Part shown: positions 12,707 to 25,140 of the stretch, one piece after another
Layout: each line of letters begins with the position of its first letter
Numbering within the stretch: the first letter of the stretch is position 1
From: Octopus bimaculoides
Lineage: Eukaryota
Direction of reading: 5' to 3'
DNA length: 45,712 bases
Assembly: GCF_001194135.2 (NCBI RefSeq)
Contig: NC_068983.1
Location: 111,315,392-111,361,103 of the forward strand
The notes under the pieces: generated by a model
Seen by the model: only the letters and a program-made list of their open reading frames with translations
The model's database searches: none
Told to the model about the DNA's origin: nothing
Position numbers and translations under genes: made by a program

Positions 12707-13283
12707 TGTGTGTGTGTGCATGTATGTATATCTGTGCATGTCTATCTTTCAACGTCCCGTTATTTTCAGTCACCTCTTGTCTGGTTAGTCACTCAATGCC
12801 TATATTCTCCTTTTCTTCACCCTTCTTTTGTGCCTTTTCTCTCCATATTCGTTTTATCTATTTCCTTACTACTTTATTTACTTGCTTATAGGCTTGCTTT
12901 TTTTTTACATTTGTTTACATTACATATTCTCGTATTTATATCGTTTTTCCTCCTTCCTGTTTCTTTTTTATTCCTTATTCTTAATCTTACCTACTTCTAT
13001 TTTTTTCTTCTCCTTGTCTTACCTCTGTACATTTTTCCATTTCTTGTTTTCCTTATAACTGGCATTGCGACGTTTCCTGTTTTTACTTTAATCAGATACC
13101 TTTTTTAAGTCAACTCAACCATCTTCGGCTAAGATTTTTCAATTGTTGGATAGTCCGAAGAACGCCCACTCGGTCGTTGGGTATTTGCAGAAAATTTTAT
13201 GTCTGGATATTCAGTCGCTTGAGGAACACAATCGAAAATCTACGAAAAATTACTCTTGTGAACTCATCTTACACATACACACT

Positions 13284-13315
<32 letters not shown>

Positions 13316-13376
13316 AAATATATATCTGGCTGTTTAGTAGGTATATACATGAGTGTGTGAATATATATGTATGTAT

Positions 13377-15392
13377 ACAAGCAAAAGAACTCGGTTTCAC
13401 TCGGGTTATAAACTCATAGCCTTAACACAGTACTATTTGCTTGTAGGGTAAGATTTGTGTATTTCTCAAAAAGTAATACTTTTAACACTCAATGGTTTTA
13501 TACTTTTTGCACATTACATACAAATACTATTCATATAAATGTTTTTTCATATACTATGTTTTCTGTCATGCCATGTCAACTCTGGAACATCCAACATACA
13601 ACTGACCATGTGAGAAGCATGGTTAAAAGAAGGTTATGTCCCACCACCTTTAGAGATTGACCTTGCGCTTTGTTGATAGACATAGCAAAGCTCAATTTGA
13701 CTGAAAACTGAAGTCTCTTGAATTGAAAGGGGAGATCATTTCAGATGAGAGGGGTCCTTGGAATGAAGACATTCTCACACACCATGTTGTCTGTAATTAT
13801 TGGTGCTTCCAACACATGGAGCATGCCTGTTTTAACAACCAGCCTTGTTCCATTGCAGAATCTGGGTGCATCAAGGTTTCTTAACAGCATTATGAGGGCA
13901 CCTGTTTTTATGTTCAGAATGTTTGGGGGAAATGCTGGTGGTGGAAGTGAATTAAGAAACTTCACTGGGTAATGCGTTGCTTCTTCTTGATCAGGAACAG
14001 AGTCAATTGATCTGTATGAACATTCAGTTCCTGGAAGCTGAGACAACAGATTTAGATTCAGCTTGTCTATATGGTCATTCCTTGGTGCCAGAATTGTTCT
14101 TTCACATAGCCACTTGTGACTTGTAGTTTGTGGCAACGCTTGGAAAGACCCTTTGTCTTCAGTTTTTCACGGGAGTCAGTCATATTGCTTTAAAGAAAGT
14201 AGTGGCGACTATCTTCTGAATCCTGTGGAAGTTTTCTATTTCCAATGTAAAGTCACTTCTTGGAGAACTCTGCAGCTAATGGGTCCCCATGAATGTGAAC
14301 CCTCATGTTAGTTGTCAGAGTAAGCTGCTTGACATGTTGCGGCTCATCTGCCTTTGTTCCTCTGGGAATGACAGTCAGAGTTTGCCTGAAGTCATGCGGT
14401 GGGTAACACCACACATGACCTTCTTATTGTTTCTGAAATCTTGTAGTGTTCTATCAAGAGCTTCAAAAGTTACCTTATGGAATATTATTGCCTTATTCCA
14501 GACAATGAGTTTGGCATCTGTAAGGAGCTTTGCTAATGCTGTATTCTTGGACATGTTGCATAATAGAGATTCATTTTGGATCAGGTTCAAGGGTAGCTTG
14601 AATGTTGAATGGGCTGTTCTTCCACCTGTTAGGAGTGTGGCTGCAATTCCATAGGATGCAACAGCCATAGCAATCTTCTTCTTCTGTCTCACCTTGGCAA
14701 GGGTCAGGTTGATCAATAATGTCTTTCCTGTGCCTCCTATTGCTTGTCAGACGTGCATACATCTGTTCAGCACTTTAAGATGTTCGGGCAACACCAATAC
14801 GCAACTGTTTTTTAAATTTTTTATGCACAACTCTTGTCACGTCTTTCTCAGATGCTCCGGCTGCTCTTTCTTGGCGTGATTCCCTTTTATTCGGGTGTCT
14901 CTTTCCTTCGACAGAGAGATTGTTTTGGCTAACCTTGACACTGGAGACAAATTTGACACCTTCCATCTAGGAATGGTTATTTACGGATACAGAAATACAC
15001 CGGCACAGAAGATTGTAAACAATGAAAGTAGATGTAATAATTTTTTGGTATCAGAAATCGTTACGTTTCTATGAGGAACGTGAAGAGTAATGTTTTCACG
15101 ATAAAAATATACAGGAAGCTGTGACGTTCATGGATTTTCCACAGGAACCCCAAAAACAATGCAACTGAAATGAAATAGAAGCGACAGAAATGTAAATATT
15201 CATCAACGCGTGTGTGTGTATACGTGTGTGTGCGTGTGCACGCGCGCATGCGTGTGTGTGTGTGCGTGTGCGTGTGCGTGTGCGTGTGTGGCTAGCAACA
15301 ATTGCGACGTCAGACAAACATGTGTGTGTCCACCTAGCTCCAGTTGCTACGTCAGTACCGGAAGTTGACGTTGAAAAACCTTAAAGAAATGA

Positions 15393-15400
<8 letters not shown>
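13377..15400 (-). mobile_element. Helitron 1, non-autonomous/decayed, with PIF1-like helicase remnant at ~13740-14760
   Basis: Peptides GGRTAHSTFKLPLNL, LDRTLQDFRNNKK, WLCERTILAPRN and LMLLRNLDAPRFCNGTRLVVK are Helitron helicase motifs. Terminal hairpin aactcggtttcactcgggtt at 13388-13407 lies next to the 3' end. The 5' boundary is approximate. Confidence 0.85.
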
Positions 15401-15445
<45 letters not shown>

Positions 15446-15523
15446 ATGTATGTATGTATGTATTTGACAGGAAGGACAGCAAAAGAAAGAATGAGACCTC
15501 GATATTATGCAAATAGAGGAATT

Positions 15524-15717
15524 TATCTGTAAAAATATGTGACACTTATTCAGTAGCCATGATAAAACTCCGAGTTTCGGATGCCAGGGTGGGAGCCCAC
15601 GCCAACATCTCTTCAGATATCCGGCCAATTGAAAATTCCTGTGAAAAATGACCGATAAAAACTTTTATAGGAGTATTATCATGGCTACTGAATAAGTGTC
15701 ACATATTTTTACAGATA
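15524..15717. mobile_element. MITE with 48-bp terminal inverted repeats, TA at both ends (Tc1/mariner-like)
   Basis: tatctgtaaaaatatgtgacacttattcagtagccatgataaaactcc versus ggagtattatcatggctactgaataagtgtcacatatttttacagata: 47/48 complementary. Confidence 0.9.
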
Positions 15718-15953
15718 TATATATATGTGTGTGTGTATGTATGTATNNNNNNNNNNNNNNNNNNNNNNNNNNNNNNNNNNNNNNNNNNNNNNNNNNNNNN
15801 NNNNNNNNNNNNNNNNNNNNNNNNNNNNNNNNNNNNNNNNNNNNNNNNNNNNNNNNNNNNNNNNNNNNNNNNNNNNNNNNNNNNNNNNNNNNNNNNNNNN
15901 NNNNNNNNNNNNNNNNNNNNNNNNNNNNNNNNNNNNNNNNNNTATATATATAT

Positions 15954-16123
15954 ACAAGCAGAGGCAGCTGGCGTTGCCCGTGAATGACATTTTTTCCTTA
16001 AGTATTAGAAGAAAACAGCAAAGTATGTTGTATAGAAATTTGTCATTCTAAATTCAATTTATTCTTCAATTGGGATACAATTTATTCTTTAATTGGAAAA
16101 TCAATTCTGAATTTATAATATTA

Positions 16124-16189
<66 letters not shown>

Positions 16190-16509
16190 TATTATAATAA
16201 TAATAACGGGCTGATTACTACCTAGATCAGATTCCAAGAAACCCCAAAATGGTTGAAGTTCAAAAGATAGTGCTCATGGGAACTGCCCATATCCTACGTA
16301 AAATACTGTCTATGTGATCTCAAATTTTAAAGCAAACACATAATTTTCTTATGGTTTCTTAAACATTCACTTGAACAAAACTGTACAAATCCAAATATAT
16401 GGTACCCTAGGCATAACACCTACATGAACTTCTAACTTGTTGTCTCTTGAGGTCTCTGGGTGAGACTTGGATCCAACTTGTACAAATGCAAAACAAAAGT
16501 CAAACATAA

Positions 16510-16548
<39 letters not shown>

Positions 16549-17885
16549 CGAAAATACATTTTTTTGTTTTCTGGTTCGGTGTATAGACAAATGAGTCCTG
16601 CAAACTACCTGCCCTGGAGCAACCAACATAAAGGTGACCGTAAGAAAAGCAAGCCAGTAGATTTCAAAGACTGACCTTGAACTTTATAAATAGATATTGC
16701 AAAGCAAAGTCGCATTGGGATTTGTACCTCAAATGGTATGTCTGTTAGTTTGATTGGAATTCTTGGAATGAAAACTTTTTCAGAGAAACATCCAGTAAAG
16801 ATGGTAGCTTATTTCATATTAGGTGATAATGTCTTCCCAATCAACTTTGTCCCATCGCATAATTTAGGAGGATCTAAATTTCTTAGAAGCATTATTGGGA
16901 CTCATGCCTTCAGAAAAAAGTTTATGCGGAGGAATTCCATGCGGAACTCTGTTGGGCAATAGACAGCTTGATTTTCATCAAGGACTGAATCAACTGAATT
17001 GTACTTCTTAATGACTGTTGGAATCTTATTCATTAATTCATGGTTAATCCTTGCTATTGTCTCATTTTCTGGAGCAAGAATTGCCCTTTCACACAACCAT
17101 TTATGTAAATTATAATTATTATTTAAGTCTGGAAATACCCTCTTTTCTAATTCAGCTGGGGAATTCACCATGATAGCAATATGAGCCAAACTGATATCAC
17201 CATTCCCATCAAATGGTACTTTCCCATTTCCTAATTGGAGGAGCCAAGTTGAAAGCTGTTTTGCAGATTGGTTCCCATGTAATAAAGCTCACACGTTAGT
17301 ATTGAAGGAGAATTTCAGTACTTTATTCCATAGATGTGAAGACTTAATGCGTGCTTTTATTTCATCAGATCTTGTTCATCTCGGAATGACTGATAATGTC
17401 CTGATAAAACTAATGTAACTTCTCCCATATATTTATTGTTGCTCCTGATGTCCTGTAAGGTCTTACCAAGAGCTTCTGTTGCACCTCTATGTGACATGGC
17501 GTATTTATCCCAAATGATAAGGTGTCATCGGCACAACACTTCTGCTGAAACTGAATTTTTGCTCATGTTACAAATTGGACTGTCGTTTGTGACCAGGTTT
17601 AGTGGAAATTTAAAAGCAGAATGAGCTGTTCGTCTTCTTAGGAGAATGGTGGTAACAAAGCCAGACAATGGTACGGCAAATGAAATTTTAATTTTTATTT
17701 TGCTACCTTACCAAGGAGAAAAGCAATGTTACTAATACTTTACCTGTGCCACCAGGAGCATCAAGAAAGAAAATTCCTCTGCTTTTTGTTTTCTGGCAAT
17801 TATGGAACGCCGCACGCACACACGCACACAGATATACACACACAGTATCAAGCATTAGATAAAATGGACGTGCGCGTGTGTGTGT

Positions 17886-17943
<58 letters not shown>

Positions 17944-18000
17944 TAGAAAGAGAGAGAGAGAAAGATAGGGAGAAAGAGAGACAGAGAGAGAAAGAGAGAC

Positions 18001-18051
<51 letters not shown>

Positions 18052-18228
18052 AAGAGAGAGAGTGAGAGAAATAGAGAGAGAGAGAGAGAAAGAGAGCGAG
18101 AGAGATAGATATATATATAGAGAGAGAGAGTGAAAGGTATGTTGTCATGTATACGTACATACATAAATAAATAGGCATACATCTTTCTGTGTGTGAGAGA
18201 GTGCCACTTAGACATCACTTTCACTCAC

Positions 18229-18297
<69 letters not shown>

Positions 18298-18870
18298 GAC
18301 ATACACAAAAAAGATGTATGCATATGTATTTATGTATGTACGTATACATGACAATACACCCCTTCACTCACTCACACACACACACATACACAGACACACA
18401 CACATACATAGCTGTATACAAACACACATGTAAAAACACACGTGTACATGTGTGACTGACTATAGATACATGGAGCTGAACACGGCGTGCAAAAAGATAA
18501 ATAAATGAATTTTACCGAAATTAACGAAATGTGCGAGTTCAGGACGAAATAATCAAACCTGAAGTGTGTGTGTGTGCGTGTGTGTGTGTGTGTGCGTGCG
18601 TGCGTTTGAGAGAGGGGGAGAAAGAGAGCGCATTGCAAACAATGAATGAGATAGACATGGAATGAAAAAATCGTATAAATAAAAGTACGTTAAAAACTAT
18701 CTTGTACCGAATATTTAACTTTGCGAACTTAGTAAATATTTTTTTCAGTAATTTATTGTAGCTGTTTACAAACAGCGAACATTAAAAAAGAGAGTGAGAG
18801 ACTTCGCCGTTTTTACGTCAATACCGGACGTTGACAGTGAGAAACCTTTTTAAAGAAGTGAATCATAAAT
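15954..18870 (-). mobile_element. Helitron 2, decayed, with PIF1-like helicase remnant at ~16700-17800
   Basis: Peptides FFLDAPGGTGK and WLCERAILAPEN, nucleotide matches to the AHSAFKFPLN and RNLDPPKLCDGT motifs, and a terminal motif cagctggcgttgcccgtg at 15965-15982. The 5' boundary is approximate. Confidence 0.85.
16208..16510 (+). mobile_element. 3' end of an R4/Dong-like RLE non-LTR retrotransposon inside an (AAT)n array
   Basis: Peptide ADYYLDQIPRNPKMVEVQKIVLMGTAHILRKILSM* (QK..L.GTA.ILRK.L C-terminus). Flanked on both sides by (AAT)n. Confidence 0.75.
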
Positions 18871-19097
18871 ATAAAGCAATATTTTTTTGTTATTCTTAAT
18901 AAAAAAAAATAAATCAAATGAAGAGCCTGACATTTGCCCGAAGTAAAATTATTTATGCATCACAAGTATGGAAGCAATTGGTGAAGCCGTTTTCGCGCGA
19001 AAAGCGAATACACACACATCTCTATTATATATATATATATATATAAATAATATAATATAATATATAATAATATATAATATAAAAATATATATATATA

Positions 19098-19849
19098 CCG
19101 TAAATCCTCGAGTATAGTCCGCCCTTGAGTATAATACGCAGGGGATGTTTAGGGGGCTGTACCTCTGAAAAACCTAAACCTTGTGTATAATACGCACTCC
19201 TTCTCTAACTTGAGTCAAGGAGGTCTATATAACGTCCTTGGTTTGTAAACATATATAAGGTAACGTCCTTTATTATTATTGTATATCTAACATAAGTGGA
19301 GGCGCGTGGCTTAGTGGTAAGGGTGTCAGCATCATGATCGAAAGATTGTGGTTTCGATTCCTGGACCGGGCGACGCGTTGTGTTCTTGAGCAAAACACTT
19401 CAGTTCACGTTGCTCCAGTCCACTCAGCTGGCAAAAATGAGTAACGCTGCGATGGACTGGCGTCCCGTCCAACTGCGGAATACAGACGCCACTGAAGCCG
19501 GGAAACCCGGACCATGAGCCTGGCTAGGCTTTAAAAGGGCGCATTTATATTTTTTATATATAACATAATGCAAACGTGTAGCTTTTTTTGTGCACTTTGT
19601 TTGCAGAAAATCTAGAAATAACAGTAATAATGTCAGTGAAAAATAAATATTAAGTAAATTGCCTTTACATATTTATCACTATCAATTACAAGCCCGACAT
19701 CACAAAGTGCGTCTGAATGAGCATTGCCGGACAGAAAATAGAAACTCGGACATTGCTTAGAAAATAGTTTTATAGTATATAGTACGCACTAGGGATTTTA
19801 AGCTTTAGATTTTAGGAAAAAAATGCGGTTTATACTCGAGGATTTGCGG
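19098..19849. mobile_element. Non-autonomous TcMar (Tc2-like) DNA transposon with TA target duplication
   Basis: TA|ccgtaaatcctcgagtata ... tatactcgaggatttgcgg|TA terminal inverted repeats. Confidence 0.85.
19296..19560 (+). mobile_element. tRNA-derived SINE (family C-like head) nested in the TcMar MITE, with 8-bp TSD
   Basis: Head gtggaggcgcgtggcttagtggtaaggg...gtttcgattcc. TAACATAA at 19288-19295 and 19561-19568. Confidence 0.85.
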
Positions 19850-19939
19850 TATATAAATATATATATATATATATACTTGGAAAAGGATGCGTGGCGTTCG
19901 ATCATATAATAATGTAAATTATATATAGATATATGCATA

Positions 19940-20170
19940 TATCCATGCATATATGTACATACCAACATCTATATGTATACGTACATGCATATATGGGTAC
20001 AGGACATCAAAAAAGCGTTAAACATAATGAGAAACAAAAACATAGAAAACGAACTTTTTTTCGAACAGCGAAAAAACAAACGGAGAAGCGAGACATGCAA
20101 CATAAAGATTATACCCCTTCGTCAGTTGTCCCTGTTTCATCTACTCCGCGTTTCTTACGAAACACATAGA
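19940..20170 (-). repeat. Interspersed repeat; second copy at ~45010-45240 in opposite orientation
   Basis: Shared blocks atatgggtacaggacat / atgtcctgtacccagat and cttcgtcag / ctgatgaagg. Both translate to GTGH.K in the ORF track. Confidence 0.6.
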
Positions 20171-21129
20171 TAGCGTAGAAGTGCTCAAGTCGAGGCTTTA
20201 AATGGGTATAGTGGATAGAATAGAAAAAGTTCAAATGAGGCAGACTACGATTAACACATACATATACGGGTTTAGTTAAAATAAAATAAAAGTTGTCCAA
20301 ACTGAAACATATATTGACATATTAGAGATATAAATATATATAAATATAAGAATATATATGAACTCATACATATATAGATATATTAACATATTAATAATTG
20401 AATATAGATAAAAAAAATAATAGTGTATTATAGATAAAAAACGTTTTTAAAATGTTTTTCATTATGGTATAGTAAAAGGTATTAAAAAGAGTTTGGGGTT
20501 ACATGTTAGAAGAAATACAATGTTCCAACGATCGTTTTTGGAGCTCATTCGTCCGAATTACAGATAAATCTTAAGATTCATTTCCAGAGAACGCCCCTTC
20601 AATAGTCGGGGTGGGATTATGTTTACTCTAGATATGCGTTTTTCCACGATGAAGGAGAAAAAATTTTCCAACCATCTATTTTGATATGTAATTAATTTGC
20701 ACAATCTATTTTCTAATATTTTGCTACTCATATTCATGCCTCACACAGTTACATGCAATTTTGGAGTATTGGAAAGTGCAGAGGTTGTTCATGAGGTCAC
20801 AACTTTGATTATAATGAAATTTCGGACTAGAAAAAATTACTGTAAATAAATTTTATTAGCATAACAGTTTAGATACCGGATTATTTTAACCATATCATAA
20901 ACCGAAAGAAAATATATAAATAAAAAATCTAATTACCTACCCTCTGTCATAAAAGAATGTCATTTGACATTCGGCAAATGAAATTATATTTAACTCACGT
21001 GCTCATTATTACAATGTAGCACTAGCTACGGCTTGTTAAACTGAGAAAATCAAGTAAATACTTGATAATAATTTCATTAATGCATATAGCCAAAATAACA
21101 ATAACAACACTATACCATACTTTGGTAGT

Positions 21130-22260
21130 GGAAGAAATTATGAACACAAAATAGATGAAGGTGGTCATCATAACCCAGGAAAAGAGAAACAACATAATGA
21201 ATAAAAGTAAAAGGGAAAATATGGTTAATCTACATTTTAATTATATAAATAACTGTAATTCTTTAGATAACGACTCTACCACAGATTATACTAGTAATTA
21301 TAGACTGAACAAAATGTATAAATAATGCAATGTTTTGTGGAATAATCCAATCTTCCGATTAGGAATGTTATCCAGGTCTGTTAGGATCTTCTTTGCTCGA
21401 TAGGAAAGGCATTTTTCAGAATCTAATGAATACCACAAAATTTTTAGATGACATACAGTAAAATTATCGCACGCTACATTTAATAACTTAGAATAATACA
21501 TTCATAAACTTAATAATAGAAAGATATAACAGAAGTTAAGGAACGCAATTAGCGGGGATAGAAATGATCCTTCTAATAAGTATTGTAAGAGTAAAGAAGA
21601 AAGTAATATAGCCCATCCAAATAATTATGATAGAAATAATAATATAGGCGATAGCAAAAAAAATATAAGTAAAATAGATATGCTGAAAATCTTGATGATG
21701 ATAGTACTGGAATCAGCAACAAACATGATAATGAAGGTTACGTTGAGAGCACTAATAAAAAACTATAGAAACAAAGAAGGAAACATCAGGAATAGAAGAT
21801 AGTCTGGTTAGACCGATTAGAAAGCAGTGTGGTAAAGAATTGTAGTTCCAAGGACAGAAACGCATGTCCTCTGCAAAATCAATACTTTGGAAGAATGTTA
21901 TAAACAAATGTACAATGAGAACACTAGCAGATGCATTTGTATATATTGGTGGGACTGCAGATCAATTCAAAGATCGATTTCGAAACAATATTTGCTTCAT
22001 TTAAAAACATTAATAGGAGACACTGCACATCAGTTGCTGGAGACTTAAGGAAGGTAGAGTTTTATACAGTATCACATGGTTAATAGTAAAAAAAATGCAT
22101 ATCTTTGTAATACGGTCTCAAAATTTTGCAATCTCTGTTCGGAGGAAGTCCCATGCATTTTAATGAGTGCAGATAAACTATTGAACAAGTACTTTGAATG
22201 AGTTATAGGATGTAACCACAGACTAAAATGTCCATTTTCAGTTTTGTAAAAACAATTAAC
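21130..22260 (+). mobile_element. Decayed Penelope-like element: RT thumb and GIY-YIG endonuclease
   Basis: Peptides NCSSKDRNACPLQNQ, KNVINKCT...FVYIGGTADQFKDRFRN, SFKNINRRHCTS and CNLCSEE.....LLNK.....GCNH match the Penelope CxC..CP/YIG.T/CxLC/CxH pattern. Stops and frameshifts present. Confidence 0.85.
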
Positions 22261-22352
22261 TTTTGAAACTCTACCCATTCAACATACCTTAATCTTTCTC
22301 TCTATCATATTGTATGTATTTGTCTCAAGTTTTTTAAAATAGTTAAATGCAT

Positions 22353-22594
22353 ACATTATTTACATTATTTACATTATTTACATTCGACGGATATTTGTCC
22401 TCATCTTGTTTGTTGTTAATACAACGTTTCGGCTGATATACCCTCCAGCCTTCTTCAGGTATCTTGGAGAAATTTCGAACCTGGGTTCTCATTCCTAAGG
22501 TATTTTTCGATGTTATTATTATTATTATTATTGTTCAGTAGTTTTATTTTTATAACGTGCTTTCACTTCACTACCGAGCGCAGCTCTGTGCGCC

Positions 22595-22679
<85 letters not shown>

Positions 22680-22770
22680 TTATTATTCAGGTCACTGCTT
22701 GGAATCGAATTCGGAATATTGGGGTTAGTAGCCCGCGCTCTTAAAAACTACACCATATGCCCGTGGGCAC
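22353..22770 (-). mobile_element. tRNA-derived SINE family D (tRNA head, AAT/AAC microsatellite, Penelope-like 3' part, AAATAATGT tandem tail)
   Basis: Minus-strand head tgcccacgggcatatggtgtag...gggctactaacc...aattcgattcc at 22690-22770. (ACATTATTT)x3 at 22353-22383. Confidence 0.85.
22418..22463 (-). ncRNA. Minimal type-I hammerhead ribozyme motif
   Basis: Minus strand GAUAC-CUGAAGA-A-GGCUG[gagggtatat]CAGCC-GAA-ACGU-U-GUAUU. Core nucleotides intact, stem II 5 bp, stem I GAUAC/GUAUU, palindromic ACGU stem III. Confidence 0.7.
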
Positions 22771-23260
22771 ATTAATATAATTTTACCTAAAATCTCCCAG
22801 AAGGTAAGGAGATAGAGAACATGCGGTCTTCACTTCAGCTTAGAAGCTACTAAGGTATCAGGAAGAAAGACTTGTTACAGATTTTGCTTGTCACTGTATT
22901 ATGGGTTCAGTTTTAATTTATAGACTAGTTTATCAAATCTTTGTATAACTAAGGCCAAAAGAGCAAGGAGCAATGCCTGTTACGAAGTGAGCTGAAGGAG
23001 TCGACAGAAATCATTGTGGGTATAGTCATAAAAGCTATCAAGATTTATTTGAAGCAATATCATGAAATTTGGAAAGGGAAATCTTAAAACAAGATGAGTC
23101 TATAAATTAAAACTGACCCCATAAAACAGTGAAAAGCAAAATCTGTAACAAGTCTTACTTCCTGATACCTTAGTAGCTTCTAAGCTGAAGTGAAGACAGC
23201 ATGTTCTCTGTCTTATCTCCTTACTTTCTTGGAGATTTTAGGTAAAATTATACTAATGTG
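22768..23260. mobile_element. Foldback element / long-TIR MITE (~160-bp arms, ~170-bp spacer)
   Basis: 22768-22926 is about 90% complementary to 23097-23260, e.g. gtcttcacttcagcttagaagctactaaggtatcaggaag versus its reverse complement. Confidence 0.9.
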
Positions 23261-23414
23261 TCCACCTGTTTTAATTGAATTAAATTTTATGTCTTTATGA
23301 AGCTGAGGATAACTCTGCATTTAAATTGATGTAATGATTGCATTGTTCAATTAAATGGAGTTGCTTGAAACGATTGTACTGCATTACCTCTCGATATCCT
23401 TGTTGCTTATTTTG

Positions 23415-23487
<73 letters not shown>

Positions 23488-25024
23488 GTGCATACATATG
23501 TGTGTATTTCATTATTTTTCTCTCCTGACTGTATGGTGGTTGGCATGTATGTGGGAAGTATATAGGTGCGCATGTATGGATTAATGCTAATACTACATGT
23601 CTGTACTTTTTATACATACACAAACATATGCTTATAGATAAATGTAAAAATATACACAGTAGTCTACAGGTTGGACTTTCGGTCTATCATGTATTACTGT
23701 AAACAGTAGAGATAGTGTGGATGTTGTTGGGATGCATATGGTTGTGCATGTGTGGGAGGACGTGTATGTGTGCATGTATGTATGTATGTATGTATGTATG
23801 TATACAGAAAGCAAAGGCGCACTACCCTGTGGCTGGTTGTATGGGACAGTATATGTGCGGAGCGGGAAATGCTATCTGCAAATTTCTTTTTTTTATTGCT
23901 TAAAAGAAGGACATAATAACTACACAGTAATAAATCAACTTTAAATAGAGGCTCAGTCGAGTTTGGAATGGGGCCAGCTCTTTTGTCGTGAGAGAAGGAA
24001 GGCAATTTAGATGCTTAAAGGAATCAACTAAACAGTAGATAAGAACTGAAATGATGAGTCTTAACTGCTTTATCACTTTATAATCTGTAAACACTTTATT
24101 TTATTCGTTATCTATTCTTTAGTATGCTTAGATCTCTCTTCCTTATAATCTGACCATTAGGATAGAAATGTAATTTGATAGAAGACCAGAATCCTTTTCT
24201 TTCCTTTTGTCTATTTTTTATTTATGTATTTCGTACTTTGAGCGTTATTGTATTTTGTTTGTCACTTTATCTATAGCTTTAGTTTTGTCTGTCAACTGCT
24301 GGGAATGACATCTCTTAGTATATGCATTATCACACTTTAGACACCAGGAATAAAGGCATATCAAATATATACGAGATGACTACTTGATTTATGAAATTAT
24401 CTCAGCTTCTAGAGAGGCTTAAACAAGCGTCAATTGAAATTGTAACCAATTCCGAAAGAAAAAGGAAGATAATTGTGTGATGTCATTAAGAAAATACTTT
24501 TTATATGTATTGCAGGAGGAGAAACGAGGACAGTTGTGGATATGTGTTTCGGTCTTAATGAGTATCGTCAGTACAGCAGACAGAAGATGAAGACGTACAA
24601 AATCTGTGGAGAACATTTATGGCCTTGGACAATTTGCATAATTAAAATAGAAATGTGCTAAGAGAAATAATTCAGAGAGCCTAAGTTTGGAGAACAAAAA
24701 TTAAGGCATATCATAAATCATGCAAGAAAAATTCTTAATTCGTATAGATAATCTTCAGCTCATGAGAAGATGAAGGAAAACGTCATTGGAACTTAGCTTT
24801 AAAATTAGTTCGATAATCATTCAAATAGTTCTATATATATAGAAATAGGACACCCGAAGACTATCGGGTAATTAATTTGAGTGAAATGTTGTGTTAAAAT
24901 ATAGAAACAAAAGATAACGTTAATAGTCTAGACATCTTAAATTATTCTAACAAAACAACTTTAAAATAGAGGCAAGTTCTAAAACTCTACGTTAGAGATT
25001 AAATATAGTTAATCATATAAAGCT

Positions 25025-25140
25025 CAATATTTGACTAGTACTTATTTTATCGACCTAGAGAAGATGATAATTAAAAGTCAACTTGACTGGATTTTAACTT
25101 AAAGTATTAAGAGATGTAATTAATTACTTCAAGATATTCC
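25025..25140 (-). mobile_element. SINE family B fragment, diverged
   Basis: gactagtacttattttatcgacctagagaagatg...aaagtcaacttgactggattttaact. Confidence 0.55.

Noticed and set aside
13063-13105. Minus-strand CTGATTA...GAAACGTC
   Set aside because: Core G8 is mutated and stems I and II do not pair. At best a dead remnant.
22690-22770. tRNA gene (also the heads at 2210-2285 and 19296-19375)
   Set aside because: These are SINE heads that continue into SINE bodies. The acceptor stem is not intact.
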